A stretch of DNA of 64,000 nucleotides from Utricularia gibba. Its lineage: Eukaryota > Plantae > Magnoliophyta. The notes beneath the pieces are model-generated. The model saw only the letters and a list, made by a program, of their open reading frames with translations, was not told the origin of the DNA and made no database searches. The stretch covers positions 1,426,001 to 1,490,000 of the forward strand of contig NEEC01000009.1 of the NCBI GenBank assembly GCA_002189035.1, in the 5' to 3' direction. A program made the position numbers and the translations under genes. Position 1 is the first letter of the stretch, and each line of letters opens with the position of its first letter. Shown in pieces: positions 51,708-64,000 of the stretch.

Positions 51708-53808
51708 ATGTCTGAAGCTGAAGAGTCAACGCCCTGGGGTCAGGAATTCCCGGGGGTGCTAGATGTGGACGGGGAGAGGACTACTGAACTTAATTACATT
51801 TCAGTAGCCGAGGAAAATGGGGGTGTCGACGGCGATGACGTCGGAGATTGGAAGTTCAAGATGTCAGAGTTCGCTAAAGGGGCGGCGGAGATGAGTATGG
51901 ATTTTGGGAGGGGACTGAGAGACGTGTTGAAGCAAAGCTTCCTCACAGAGGACTCTTTCATCGTGAGGAAGTTTAAGGATCCCTGTGAAAAGCTCTGTGA
52001 GCGGTTGAAATTTCTCAACGAGTATTTGCCTGAGGATCGGGACCCTGTTCATTCTTGGACCGTCATTTCTTCTGTTTGGATTTTCGCTCTTTTTGGTGAG
52101 TCTTTGCTTGCTGTTGCATGATCATAAAGTATGTACCTTTCACTAAAAAACTCAGGGTCAAGTTTATGTTTGAAGTTTCCGATGGATGATATGAGTCTTC
52201 AATTCATTCTGATGTGATGAAAAGCTGTTCGAATCAACTTCAGATTCGAGGCTGTGCTTTTGCTTTTCTACAAATTGCTACTGAATGAATTGAACTTCTG
52301 CAGTTTTGATTGTAACTTCTTCTCGGTCTATGGCCCCAATGGTTAAAAGGATGAAGCTCCATCCTGCTAGCGCTAGCTTCATACAGCTTCCCGATGGAAG
52401 ACAACTAGCTTATCTTGAAAAAGGAGTTTCAGCTAATCGCGCAAGACATACCGTAATGGTTCCTCATTCTTTTCTTTCATCCCGACTTGCAGGTATTGCA
52501 AAGTACTCGGTTCAGACTTGAAGCTTCATCTATATTAACTTCCTATTCTTCATTACAGGGATGCCAGGCCTGAAGAATTCATTGCTGGAAGAATATGGCA
52601 TTCGTCTGGTGTCATATGATCTACCAGGATTCGGAGAAAGTGATCCTCATCCCAAGAGGAACCTGGAGTCGTCAGCTTTAGATATGTTGCATTTATCTGT
52701 TGCGGTGAATGTTACAGGCAAATTCTGGGTACTAGGATTTTCTTCAGGAAGCATGCATGCTTGGGCTGCCCTTCGTTTGATCCCTGATAAGCTTGAAGGT
52801 TGTGCTGTCTGCTAATGCGTTTGCAGTTTCTTGGACAGCATGCTCATTTTGTTTCATCTGCTCTCTGTTTGGAGAAGGTTCTTTGTAGTGAGAATTAACA
52901 GAATGCTGTTTGAACTGCCAGGTGCTATTATGATTGCTCCAATGGTGAATCCATATGAACCAAAACTGATGAAGAAAGAGAGACGGGCAATCTGGGAAAA
53001 ATGGACTGCCAGAAGAAAGATGATGTATTTTCTGGCACGGAAGTTCCCCAAGTCACTTGGCTTTTTCTACCGAAGGAGTTTCCTGTCTGGAATTCATGAT
53101 CGAATGGACAAGTGGCTGTACTTCTCACCAGGCACAAGTGTAAGAGTTTCATATCTATTGAGAATGGATGGATGTCTCTGGTTAATCCCTGCTCTCTATC
53201 ATTGTCTGGTTTGATATCTTCCAGGATCAACTGCTTATGGAGAAGCAGGCTTTCGAAGAGTTCTGGCAAAGAGATGTCGAAGAATCGGTTCGACAGGGAA
53301 ATGCAAAGCCATTTGTTGAGGAGGCGGCCCTCCAGGTCTCTGAATGGGGCTTCAGCATCGGAGACATTAAGGTGAAACAGAAACACAGAGAAGGAGGCTT
53401 CATCTCCTGGCTGAAGTCCATTTACATCCCTGAAGACGAAAAGGTGACCGGATTCCTCGGCCCCATATACATCTGGCAGGTGAGTTTATGATACAATTTC
53501 AAGAACAGAGCACTTTCCTGTGCCTTAACTCAAGCTGTTGTCACTTGTCCTGCAAATCCATGTAGGGAGCCCAAGATACAGTCATCCCTCCTTCGACAAG
53601 CGACTTCATATCTCGTGTTCTACCAGATGTGGTGCTGCAGAAGCTCCCCCACGATGGCCATTTTTCATATCTGTACTTGTGTGATGCTTGCCATCAACAG
53701 ATTTTTTCAACTGTTTTTGGAGATCCTGAAGGGCCTGCCCCTGCACTGGAAACGATTGACATAGAAGGAGATGAAGCTTCTGAAGCAGCGTACTCTGACA
53801 TGGTGTAA
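51708..53808 (+). CDS. Alpha/beta-hydrolase superfamily protein, 6 exons
   Basis: LPDGRQLAY, HSFLSSRLA|G, YDLPGFGESDPHP, nucleophile elbow GFSSG, PFVEEA and LPHDGHFSY. Confidence 0.88.
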
Positions 53809-54334
53809 GTAAGAGGAGGAGGAGGAAGAGCGTCTTCCCCTGAGCTTGATATGATTCCTTCCATTGCAGCAACGAGCTAATGCTTGTGCAGTATGCTTAC
53901 ACACACATTTTTATTCCATAAACCATACGTGATCCTGCGGCCTTGTTGGTGGTGTTTTGATGATGATAATTGGTTGTGCTCTGGGCTTATGATTTTTGTA
54001 CAGAATCTTTATTGATCTTCCTTGTTCAGTCAGTAGAATGGAAGCCTTACTAATCATCCCTATGCTTTCACTACCTCTTGTAATCGAAGTTTTAGATCAA
54101 ACCCAGAAATTTTCGGGACATATGGAATCTAGTCAGGGAAGTGATGTATAGTTCACAAGGTTTTTTCACATCTTCCTGCCCCTCTAAAAGAACAAAAAGA
54201 GTGGATCATCCTGCAAAAAATAATACATACTTTGCAAAGTCATCTTGTCCATGGGAGGTGACAAACATCACCCACTATGAATTGAATCACAATATTGATA
54301 CAAGGGCAGGAATTTGTAATAAAAAGCCTACTAC

Positions 54335-56496
54335 TCAATGACAAGGGGTTTCGCCGTAATCATGTTGTTTGGATGAACCATCCGGGATGGAATTTCCTTG
54401 GCATTTGGAGTAAAAAGCACAGTACCTGCATTTCCATCTTTCTTCCTCGGGCGCATAGCTCGGCTCTCTCTGCCCATGCCAAAACTCAAGGTGCAACTTA
54501 ATCTGTGCCTCGACCCACTCTGGATCATAGGCAAACTTGTCCTCATCTAGTAAAGATTGATCTTGCTGGAATTCATATCTGTATCAGAAGACAAGAAAGC
54601 CATCTTCTAAGCTGTAGGTACGTGTATTAAGGTATATCTCTAGTTATGCGTGAAGATTTTACCTCAACAGAAGCTGTTCGTCAGCCTGAGGTAGCAGGCA
54701 GCAACTATTCTCAAAACATCTAACCATATCACTGAGACTCTACCTTGGAAGAAATGCAAATCATCGATAAGTAGTTAGGAACAGAAGGAAAAACGAATAC
54801 CAAGTACTGGTTTACCTGCAAAGATAAACCAGATTGGCTGGCTGTGTCCCTGATGTCCGGGGAAAGTATCTTATTAGGATTCAATGAAAAATAATCAAAA
54901 AACCCTCTTGATGGGAATTTTTCAGTTACTAATCTGTCCCACATATATTTGTAGCACATTAGTTGAAACCTGCGTAGAAAGTTCCAGAACGAAATGAGAT
55001 TTAAGGGGATGAGCTGATTAGAAAAAATATATCTGCTGGTGGAATCACTTACCTTCCATTCCTCCTCTGTGGTTCGCCTGGAAGTGTTGGTCGCACACGA
55101 GTCTTGGTATCGACTATCGTGGGTGATCTTTCAGCCACAGACAAGGGCATACGAATTTCATCTATCACCCCCACCATCCATACACCTTCCACACAGCCTA
55201 CCCTAGAAACATCTCAAGTTAAAATCAAGAAAAGAATGCAAAAATAACGGTAATCAAGACCGTTTTTTTAATCTGTAGATACAAAATCAATAGGGAAAAC
55301 ATACTGAAATTCACATGAAACGACTATTCTTGGCACCGATTTTTCCTCAAACATCCTTATTGATATCACATATGACAGAAAGTAAAAATTCTAACAAAAA
55401 TAATACACATACAGCGGCAGCTCGCGGGTTAAGCCATCGAATAAAAGTTGGTTTATTCCAACGATGAAGTTCATAAACTTAACTGCCATCACATCTTCGG
55501 CTGATTGAACATTTACTTTCACCCTTCTAATGACCTGTCCCATTCACAAGGAAGCCACAGGGAAACACAGGATGAACATAAAGGACAATGAAATACGGAG
55601 AAAGAACAGCATGATGTGAAACGCCGTTCTAGTCTTTTAGTTACAGCAACGCAATCACCTGAAGTGATAACTCCCTGTATTTTACAAAGACCAATCATCC
55701 CAAGGAAAAAAAAAACTGAAACTTAACTTTCATCGTAGAGGAAGAAACGCATTTTCTAGCATCGCTACCTATTCGAAAAGAAACTTAATATATAATAAAA
55801 CGCACAGTAAACTGATAAGAACCTCTTCTTCAAGTTCGGCATGCCTTGCACTGCCTACTTTCATGGCTTTCGATTTCTCAGGTCTCCCCTTAAGAAGAGT
55901 AAATTCCATTTGCTTTTGACACCATTCCTGCAAACATTTTGTTTATCAAGAAACAGGCAGCACTTCCTGTAAGGTTTCGCATTCTTTCACATCAACAGAA
56001 CCAATATAGAAATGAATCGCCACAACTAAAAACCAAACATCACAAGATCCATTCTTAATCCTGTAAGGTTTCGTATTCTTCCACAGGCCAAAAAACAGGC
56101 GTTTTTATGATCTTGATAAACTATGCCTACCGTCGCCGTAAGATCAGTAACTGCCAATCCCCTTGCCTTCCGAAAACGATGCAGAAAAGAGTCAAACCCT
56201 CTACTCTTCTTATTCTTCTGTGGGCTATCAGATCCAGTAACGCAGTCGCAATCCTCAATATCGCGTGGCCCCTTCTGCGTGCACGCAGATAGGCGGCGCT
56301 TGCATAGCAGCGTGATCCCGCGAATCGACCTCGGGCTCGTACTCAATCGAGCTAAAGGCGTCTCGTAAGCAGCAAAAGCAGCATCAATTAGTGCCATTTC
56401 CTCATCCGAGATGAACTCCACAGGGATTTTGGGCACGATATTCTCACTCTCTGTGGTTTCCTCAGGGGTGGCAGAGGATGAAGTCGAAGGATTCAT
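54335..56496 (-). CDS. EXO5: Exonuclease V (EXO5/Dem1, 4Fe-4S nuclease), 7 exons
   Basis: [31 protein letters not shown]...[13 protein letters not shown] and C-terminal [12 protein letters not shown]; all introns are GT-AG and in frame. Confidence 0.9.
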
Positions 56497-56709
56497 AGGC
56501 CACACAGCGGTTTATTCGGCGGAGAGCACCACCGCCACCCACGGCCCGTGGCGTCGGGCTCAATGGGCACACGTTGCCATTCCAAACGATCCCCGATGGT
56601 AACAAATAACGTCCATAGCATCGGAGAAACGCTTCAAATGCGCTCTCAGAAATTTTTTTCCAGTTATTTATTGAGTGTTAATTATTATTTGAAAATACAT
56701 ACAAAAATG

Positions 56710-56812
56710 TGGGTTTTTGGGCCAACTATCGATTTCTTGGGCCCAAAGTTTTAAGACCTAAGGCCCACTTGTCTTAGGGTTGAGAATCATTCGTATCGGC
56801 TCTATATATAGG
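56710..56812 (+). promoter_or_regulatory. EF1A promoter: site II cluster, telo-box-like TAGGGTT and TATA box; head-to-head with EXO5
   Basis: tgggcc, tgggccca, aggccca, tagggtt (~56775) and tatatata (~56802): the typical plant translation-gene promoter module. Confidence 0.65.
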
Positions 56813-57335
56813 ACTTGCGGGGTATGAATCATCATCTTCTACCCTTTTCGACAGGCTGCCGGCGTCTTCCTTTTTAGGTTGGTTATATTTCTCGCTTGCT
56901 TCGCGCTATTCGTTTGGATTTGCGCTTGGTGATATTATCTCCGTTGCTTTTGAGTAGTATACGGATCAATTATTTAGTGCTTACCCTTTGTCAAGCGTGG
57001 CTGGGAATTTTTTTGGATTCGATGAATGAATTTATTTTTTCGTACAGATCTTCAGCTTTGGTGACTTAATAGCAGGATATCGTTGATGTTTTTTCTGTGT
57101 TGAAATCTGTGATCTAGCTTCGCGACTAGAGCTATCCCAGTCTAACCCTAGTAGTTGATTGCTGTTAAGCCGGCCAGAATTAGAAAGATCTATGTGATTT
57201 GCATGAAATATTTGGTTTGGAATTTTTGGGGCTCAGCTACCTTAAGATTTTTGTTAATTTTTGTGTACTCTTTTAAATACTTTTATTAAAGAATTGTTTT
57301 ATCTTTTGCTTCCAGTTGTCTGTTGAAGCTGCGAA

Positions 57336-58777
57336 ATGGGTAAAGAGAAGGTTCATATCAACATTGTGGTCATTGGCCATGTCGACTCCGGAAAGTCCAC
57401 CACCACCGGTCACTTGATCTACAAGCTTGGTGGCATCGACAAGCGTGTGATTGAGAGGTTTGAGAAGGAGGCCGCTGAGATGAACAAGAGGTCATTCAAG
57501 TACGCGTGGGTGCTTGACAAGCTCAAGGCTGAGCGCGAGCGTGGTATCACCATCGATATTGCCTTGTGGAAGTTTGAGACGACCAAGTATTACTGCACCG
57601 TGATTGACGCCCCGGGACATCGTGACTTTATCAAGAATATGATTACTGGTACCTCACAGGCAGATTGTGCCGTTCTTATCATTGACTCTACCACTGGTGG
57701 TTTCGAAGCTGGTATCTCTAAGGATGGCCAGACTCGTGAGCACGCGTTGCTTGCCTTCACCCTGGGTGTCAAGCAGATGATTTGCTGCTGCAACAAGGTA
57801 ACAGAAAAATCATCCACGTGTATTTGTTTTAGGTGTTTTTGTTGCTTGACGATTCTAATGCTCCGTTGCATTGCAATAAATCTTTTCAGATGGATGCGAC
57901 CACACCAAAGTACTCAAAGGCCAGATATGACGAAATTGTCAAGGAGGTGTCTTCTTACCTGAAGAAGGTTGGATACAACCCTGAGAAGATCCCCTTCGTC
58001 CCAATCTCTGGATTTGAAGGTGACAACATGATTGAGAGATCCACCAATCTTGACTGGTACAAGGGCCCCACGCTACTGGATGCTCTTGATTTGATTAATG
58101 AGCCCAAGAGGCCCTCGGACAAGCCCCTCCGCCTTCCACTTCAGGATGTTTACAAGATTGGTGGAATTGGTACCGTGCCTGTTGGTCGTGTGGAGACCGG
58201 TGTCCTCAAGCCTGGTATGGTGGTGACCTTTGGCCCCTCTGGTCTGACCACTGAGGTCAAGTCTGTTGAGATGCACCACGAGGCACTACAGGAGGCCCTT
58301 CCCGGAGACAATGTTGGGTTCAACGTTAAGAATGTTGCCGTCAAGGATCTGAAGCGTGGTTTTGTGGCATCCAATTCCAAGGATGACCCAGCAAAGGAAG
58401 CGGCCAACTTCACATCCCAGGTCATCATCATGAACCACCCTGGCCAGATCGGGAATGGATATGCCCCTGTCCTCGATTGCCATACTTCTCACATCGCTGT
58501 CAAGTTTGCTGAAATCCTTACCAAGATCGATAGGCGATCTGGGAAGGAGCTGGAGAAAGAGCCCAAGTTCCTGAAGAATGGTGATGCTGGTTTCGTGAAG
58601 ATGATTCCCACCAAACCCATGGTGGTGGAAACCTTCTCCGAGTACCCTCCTCTGGGGCGTTTCGCCGTGCGCGACATGCGCCAAACCGTGGCCGTGGGTG
58701 TCATCAAGAGCGTGGAGAAGAAGGATCCGACCGGTGCCAAGGTGACCAAGGCAGCGGCGAAGAAGGGCGCCAAATGA
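57336..58777 (+). CDS. EF1A: Elongation factor 1-alpha; exons 57336-57797, 57890-58777
   Basis: [23 protein letters not shown]...CCNK|MD...[14 protein letters not shown]; canonical intron position. Confidence 0.99.
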
Positions 58778-59557
58778 ATGGTGCAATGCCCCAGTTCTGG
58801 TATCCTTTCAGTGAGTCCCAATAAGAGTTATCTGCTCAAAGACTATTGCTTCTTCTGTGTGTCTGTTTGTGTGCCCGCGCATGTTGGTATGTCCCAGAGC
58901 TGGGTTCTCGACAGGCGGTGGCGAAACCTGAACTCTTTTCCTCCGCCGTGGCTGCTCTGAAACTTGGTTTTTGTTTGCTTGTGTCGTCGTGATGCTCTTC
59001 TGTGTGTCTTCTTTTCATGAGGATTTTTCCTCCGACAGTGATTTAAATTATTATCCTGAAGCTGGCCACTTTTTGTTCTGTTTTGTTTAAATCAGTGACA
59101 CCTGTAAGCCGCCCATCCAGCCTATCCGGATCCGCCCCGATTAGCACCAATGACCCAATAGTTGAAATTTGGGCTCGGCCCAATTACAACTTTGCCTCCA
59201 TGGCCCATAAGGCCTACAACAGCGACCGTTACGGCGCATCATGTTAGAAAACAAAAGCGGAAACCATGTACGGAATGGTCCAGGGAAATATTACGCCACA
59301 ATCATTTTCGGATATACTTTTACTTGGGAAAAAAAAGAATTTCACCTTTTTTTTGGTTTGCTTTTTCCTTTATTCAATCCTTGTTGGTTTGATTTCCTGT
59401 CTACTGAAATAAGTAATCATGAGCACTCACAGTAAGATATTGAGCACTGGATTCACGCCCTAAAATGCCCCCAGCTTACTCACTATTTATTTATCGACCC
59501 CTACAATATGTCATTATTTTGTTTGCCTCCTCTTTCCAGGAGCCATTCCATAAAATA

Positions 59558-59784
59558 CCAATTGTGAAAAAATCACTTTAGAATTGATTTTATAGAATTA
59601 AAAATTGTGATATAACTATAACCAATATATATTCAAAATTATTTAAAATTATGTTGATAAAAAGTGCACTAGTTATAGTTTTTATACACAAAATAATACT
59701 ACAATTATAAAATTTTATCATATAATTAATCCTCAAAATTCAATTTTAACAGAAAATTTGTTTTTTTTTTCAAAGCACAATTGG
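59558..59784. mobile_element. Possible MITE remnant: AT-rich ~227 bp with 9-bp terminal inverted repeat CCAATTGTG/CACAATTGG
   Basis: The terminal IR is visible; no matching target-site duplication. Confidence 0.25.
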
Positions 59785-60306
59785 AGTTATTCTAAAAAAA
59801 TCAATCAATTTTAAAAATAAGAATTAATATTTTAATTATAATTATTTTTTCCAAATTGGTGGAAGGGGTGTCCACCCAAATTGAATTATTGATCAATCAT
59901 GTAATTGTGTTTGAGTATCCAACTTACCCTAAAATCAAATTAAATTAAAAAAAAAAAGGAAAAAGTAGAGGAAGAGGAAGGTGAAGGTGGTCCAGGCTGA
60001 GTCTTCTGCTGACCGACCGTGAGTTGCAGAGCAGCTCCCGATGTCTCCTGTGAGATTAGGGATGAGGAGGGAGGGAGAGAGAGAGAGAGAGAGACACTGA
60101 GTTTTAGGTCATCTTTTATGGAATAAAAAGGCAACTTTTTTGCGCCAGGGATTCGATAAAACAAACATGCAAGGATAAACTTCTTCTCCTATGCTGCTTC
60201 TCCTTCGCCACTCCCGTGAAAAAAAAAGAAGAAAAGATAAATCTTTCCTCTCCTCCGGCAGCCTTTCTGCTGCTTACGTCCCCTTTGATCCCTCTCTCGA
60301 AAAGCG

Positions 60307-61917
60307 ATGTCTGGTCATCGTGACGCCTTCCCCAATTCTTCTGCACCCTCGGGTCTCCAGTCAACGGCGGCCAGGCCTCAGGATGCTGCTCCCAACGCAG
60401 GCTCCAAACGGAAACGGAGCCTCCCGGGGACACCAGGTTCGTGTTGATTTTCTTTCATGTGGGGTGATGGAGATGGTTACTTCGGTTTTGAGTTAATTGT
60501 GGAAACCCTAGGGCTACGGTAGTCATGTGTGGATTGGGTTTCAGATCCGGAGGCGGAGGTGGTGGCGCTGTCGCCGCGGTCGCTGATGGCCACGAACAGA
60601 TTCGTCTGCGAAATCTGTAACAAGGGTTTTCAGCGTGACCAGAATCTTCAGCTGCATCGAAGAGGGCACAACCTCCCGTGGAAGCTGAAGCAGCGGAGCA
60701 ACAAGGAGCAGATCAGGAAGAAGGTGTACATCTGCCCGGAGAAAACCTGCGTCCACCACGACCCGGCGAGGGCCCTCGGCGATTTGACCGGAATCAAGAA
60801 GCACTTCAGCCGCAAGCACGGCGAGAAGAAGTGGAAGTGCGACAAGTGCTCGAAGAAATACGCCGTTCAGTCCGATTGGAAAGCCCATAGCAAGATTTGT
60901 GGCACAAGAGAGTATAAGTGCGACTGCGGCACTCTCTTCTCCAGGCAAGCAACGCTTTGTTTTATTTTATTTTATTTTTTCGTATTCTTCAGCTGCCAAA
61001 GTACGATGTTGATTTTGTTCTCATTTATGGGGCTGGATGATTGTCTCTATGTATGCGTAGCATTAATTGAGAATCTTGGAAATTCTTCTGTTTTATGGAT
61101 CAGGAAGGATAGTTTTATTACACACAGAGCCTTCTGCGACGCCTTAGCTGAGGAAAGCGCCCGGTTTCCGGCGGCGGCGGCGCCGGTGAATTTGAGTTTC
61201 AAGACTGACTTTTTGAATTCCGGCTCTCAGTTTCCAGGGCAAGAGATGGAATCCGGCAAAACCCGGATTCCGGTTTGGCTGGATTCTTGTTCTGGTGTGA
61301 GTTTTTATTCCCAGAGTCCGGATTTGGTTCAGCTAGCGACGGCCGCGGCGGCGGGCTCGCAGAATCAGTGGATGGAGACGCCGCCGTTCGGTGGCATGAT
61401 GAACATGCCCGTGAATATGAGCAGCATGAGCTATGCATCTCCCAATATGGGTGCCCCGATGAAGGAGGAGGACGGTAATACAACATCTAAAGGTGGGAAC
61501 TTTTCCGAAGCTATAAGCTCAATGTTCTTCTGCAACAACCAAGGCGAACCAGCCGCGCAGCAGCAGTTGCCGATGTCGGCGACGGCATTGCTACAGAAAG
61601 CAGCACAGATGGGATCATCGACGAGGAGCACAAACTCCCTTCTCTTCGGATCAACCTTCTCCTCCTCCAACAACAACAACAACAATGCCGCCGGAATGAA
61701 CATGATGGCTGTCCCATCCTCATCCTCCGATTCAAGCACCCTTCTGTTAAGGGAGTCCGTGCTGGGAGAGACCATGGGTTTAACCAGGGACTTTCTGGGA
61801 GTCGGAGGCAACAATCAGATGCAAAACAGACCGTTCCTGCCGGAGAGCGAGTTAGCCAAGTTTGCAGCGGCGGCGAACTCCCTCGACATGGGGCGTTTCC
61901 GCAGTGGCAGCCACTGA
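60307..61917 (+). CDS. IDD: INDETERMINATE DOMAIN (IDD/BIRD) C2H2 transcription factor; exons 60307-60436, 60545-60944, 61104-61917; second intron GC-AG
   Basis: [10 protein letters not shown]|[37 protein letters not shown]|[25 protein letters not shown] and TRDFLG. Confidence 0.95.
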
Positions 61918-62643
61918 CGGGAGGAAGGAAAGCGGTAAAACAAGACGGTAAAAAACAATGGAGAGAGAGCTGGAAAATCTGATAGTCCGTGGAGTGGAGA
62001 AAAGAAGAAGCGATCTTGTGACCTGTCAGAGGAAATTGTGGGGCCGGGGCAGGGGCGTTGTGGGGCCTATCTGTCGGAAAAAAGAATCTCCAAGTCCACG
62101 TGGCGATACACAAAATTGTTACTGCATGTGGAAGGTTTTACTGTTTGCTTGTGACAGTTGTTGATTTTATATATTTCATTTGTGGGACCCCCAAAAAGTA
62201 TTTTCGGTTAAAACGCACTCCAACTCTGGGCTGCAGTGCCAATGGGCCGAAATTGGGCCTTGTTTTGATCCGATTAAAACTCATCAATATTTGGATATTT
62301 TCGAGCTATAAATATAATTAATTAATTATTGTGAGTTTATGTGAGCTGAAAAATAAAAGATGCCAATTTTTTTACATGATAATTCCTTATTTGAATGATC
62401 ATTTTAGTTCCATATTAATGTTGTTGAATTGCAAATTAAATTTAAATAATTATTTTTATTTTCATAATATATTTACTATGAATTAAATATATTGTAAAAA
62501 TATATAGGACATGTTTTTTATTTGAATCTTTGATTCAAATTATATAGAATATAATCAATTTTAAGATTATGTGAATATAGTCAGTTTGAAATTATTAAAT
62601 TATTTTGTGTGATAAATAAAATTAGAATGTAAAATAATAATAA

Positions 62644-62648
<5 letters not shown>

Positions 62649-62698
<50 letters not shown>
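62649..62698. repeat. (TA)25 microsatellite
   Basis: Direct reading. Confidence 0.95.
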
Positions 62699-62702
<4 letters not shown>

Positions 62703-63812
62703 TTAATATATTAAGCGATTATGTATTTTAGGGTATATGAAATATCATATATTACATAAATATATGATATAAGTATATTTTTAGAATATATGAAATATGA
62801 ATAATATAATTTTTTTAAAGATTAATATCTTATTTAGTATTTGAAATATAGATTTGATAAATTTAATAATTTTTAAAGTTAATGGCGAAATCTGAATTTA
62901 AATTTACTGTAGAATAACTAAAAAGTAAATATTCAAAAATTAGTCTGAATCATTACCAAAGATTAAGAAAACAGAACAACCTCATATTCAATTCAAAATG
63001 GGTTGAAATCGATTTTTCAAGTGAGTGCATGAAATCAGCTTCTTTGATTGTGCTATGTTGCACCCTTAGCTTATGATCTCGATCATGTAACATGTACATG
63101 TGCATGGGATGCATGATCAGTCATGAAGTAGCTACCAGCTCGTCGGTGATGAGAAGAGTCTGGATAAGGGAATGATGATGATGGTGTGTATGGGGTGCAT
63201 GTGACAATTAGTTGTGGGTGGGGCCGTCCATGGCCATGCCTCCTTTTGTAAATGATGGGTGGGTGTGGGGACCACGTTTTGTGAATCAAGGTGTCATTAT
63301 TGGGTGGTTCTGTCATCCATTTCAAGACATGAACAGCAGCTACAAGCACCCGTCAACCGCATGACTCGCTGCGACAAATGTTAATGATTTGTGTGTGAAG
63401 CCGCCAAGAAGTTGCAGTCTTTAAGAAAAATGAAGTTATCGGGGAATGGAAATCGTGCATTGAGTTGAATACAGGGTGATTAATTGGAAGGGGCATTCCC
63501 CTACCGTCGCTCTACCTGGGGTCACCGTACCGTGTTCCGGGAGGGTTGTCTGGCACCCCTTCTTGACTTGGGAAGGGCTGCGGCGGCGGAGCTACGGTCA
63601 GTGAAGGGGGTTGCGTGTGGGTGCCGGCGCCATTCCGTAGTGTGTGCAGGGAAAGGAAACTGATTTTGGGGGCGAAAAAGGCGCGCCATTTCTATTTCTT
63701 TAAGTGTAAAGGTAGAGGGAGGTAGGCTGTTCGTTGAAGCAACGCCATGGAATAAGCCGGAGGTTGTTTAAAAAGCAATCCCAGGAGAATTCTGCGGCGG
63801 ATTTGGAGGAAA

Positions 63813-63986
63813 ATGGCTCAAGGGGATAAAATGTCGGCGACTGTATGTGTGATTGTGCTTTTGGGATGTGTTACGCAGTTCTCCGCTGCAGCCAACGTGA
63901 CGTATGACAACCGTGCGGTGGTGGTCGACGGCCGGAGGCGGCTTCTGGTTTCCGGATCCATTCATTACCCTCGCAGCACCCCTGAA
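63813..63986 (+). CDS. BGAL: Beta-galactosidase (GH35, BGAL8-like), first exon only, 3'-truncated by the window
   Basis: Signal peptide, then [32 protein letters not shown]|gttagt. Confidence 0.92.
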
Positions 63987-64000
63987 GTTAGTCTTTTGTT

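Noticed and set aside
58073-58821. Long antisense ORFs over EF1A, and similar shadows over H4, KCS, IDD and NFRKB
   Set aside because: Expected shadow ORFs caused by codon bias in GC-rich coding sequence.
63060-63350. CATG-rich palindromic stretch loosely resembling miR167
   Set aside because: No exact mature miRNA match and no extended hairpin; more consistent with RY-type promoter motifs or chance.

Overview
Plant (eudicot) nuclear genomic DNA with extreme gene density: about 27 loci in 64 kb (one per ~2.4 kb), most introns 70-200 bp, and several intergenic spacers under 250 bp. This is the profile of a miniaturised genome. Lentibulariaceae (Utricularia/Genlisea) is my inference and is not shown by the sequence. 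Gene order: 3' end of a plastid pyruvate kinase, KCS, CIPK4/7-like, PRA1, two tandem NRPE7/NRPD7-like Pol IV/V subunit-7 genes, an At4g14310-like WD40 protein, an RLCK-VII kinase with degenerate catalytic motifs, ENTH, a conserved unknown protein, ADF, GH43, a small organellar RRM protein, NDUFA2, an intron-retaining RPS15a pseudogene, HACD, a NaKR-like HMA protein, an ECA Ca-ATPase, histone H4, NFRKB, an orphan spliced ORF, Dof, an alpha/beta hydrolase, EXO5, EF1A, IDD and the first exon of a beta-galactosidase. The most interesting observations are (1) an intact, myristoylation-motif RLCK-VII predicted to be a pseudokinase (DFG>HFG), (2) diverged tandem Pol IV/V subunit-7 paralogues, (3) a stop-free, in-frame GC-AG intron splitting IDD zinc finger 4, (4) a complex I B8 subunit lacking both normally conserved cysteines, and (5) an RPS15a copy in mid-decay. 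Five single-base deletions in homopolymer runs break otherwise intact genes and most likely reflect long-read assembly errors, so base-level claims need read support. No rRNA, tRNA, CRISPR array or intact transposase was recognised. All gene models were spliced and translated by hand; family assignments are from recalled homologue sequences, not database searches.
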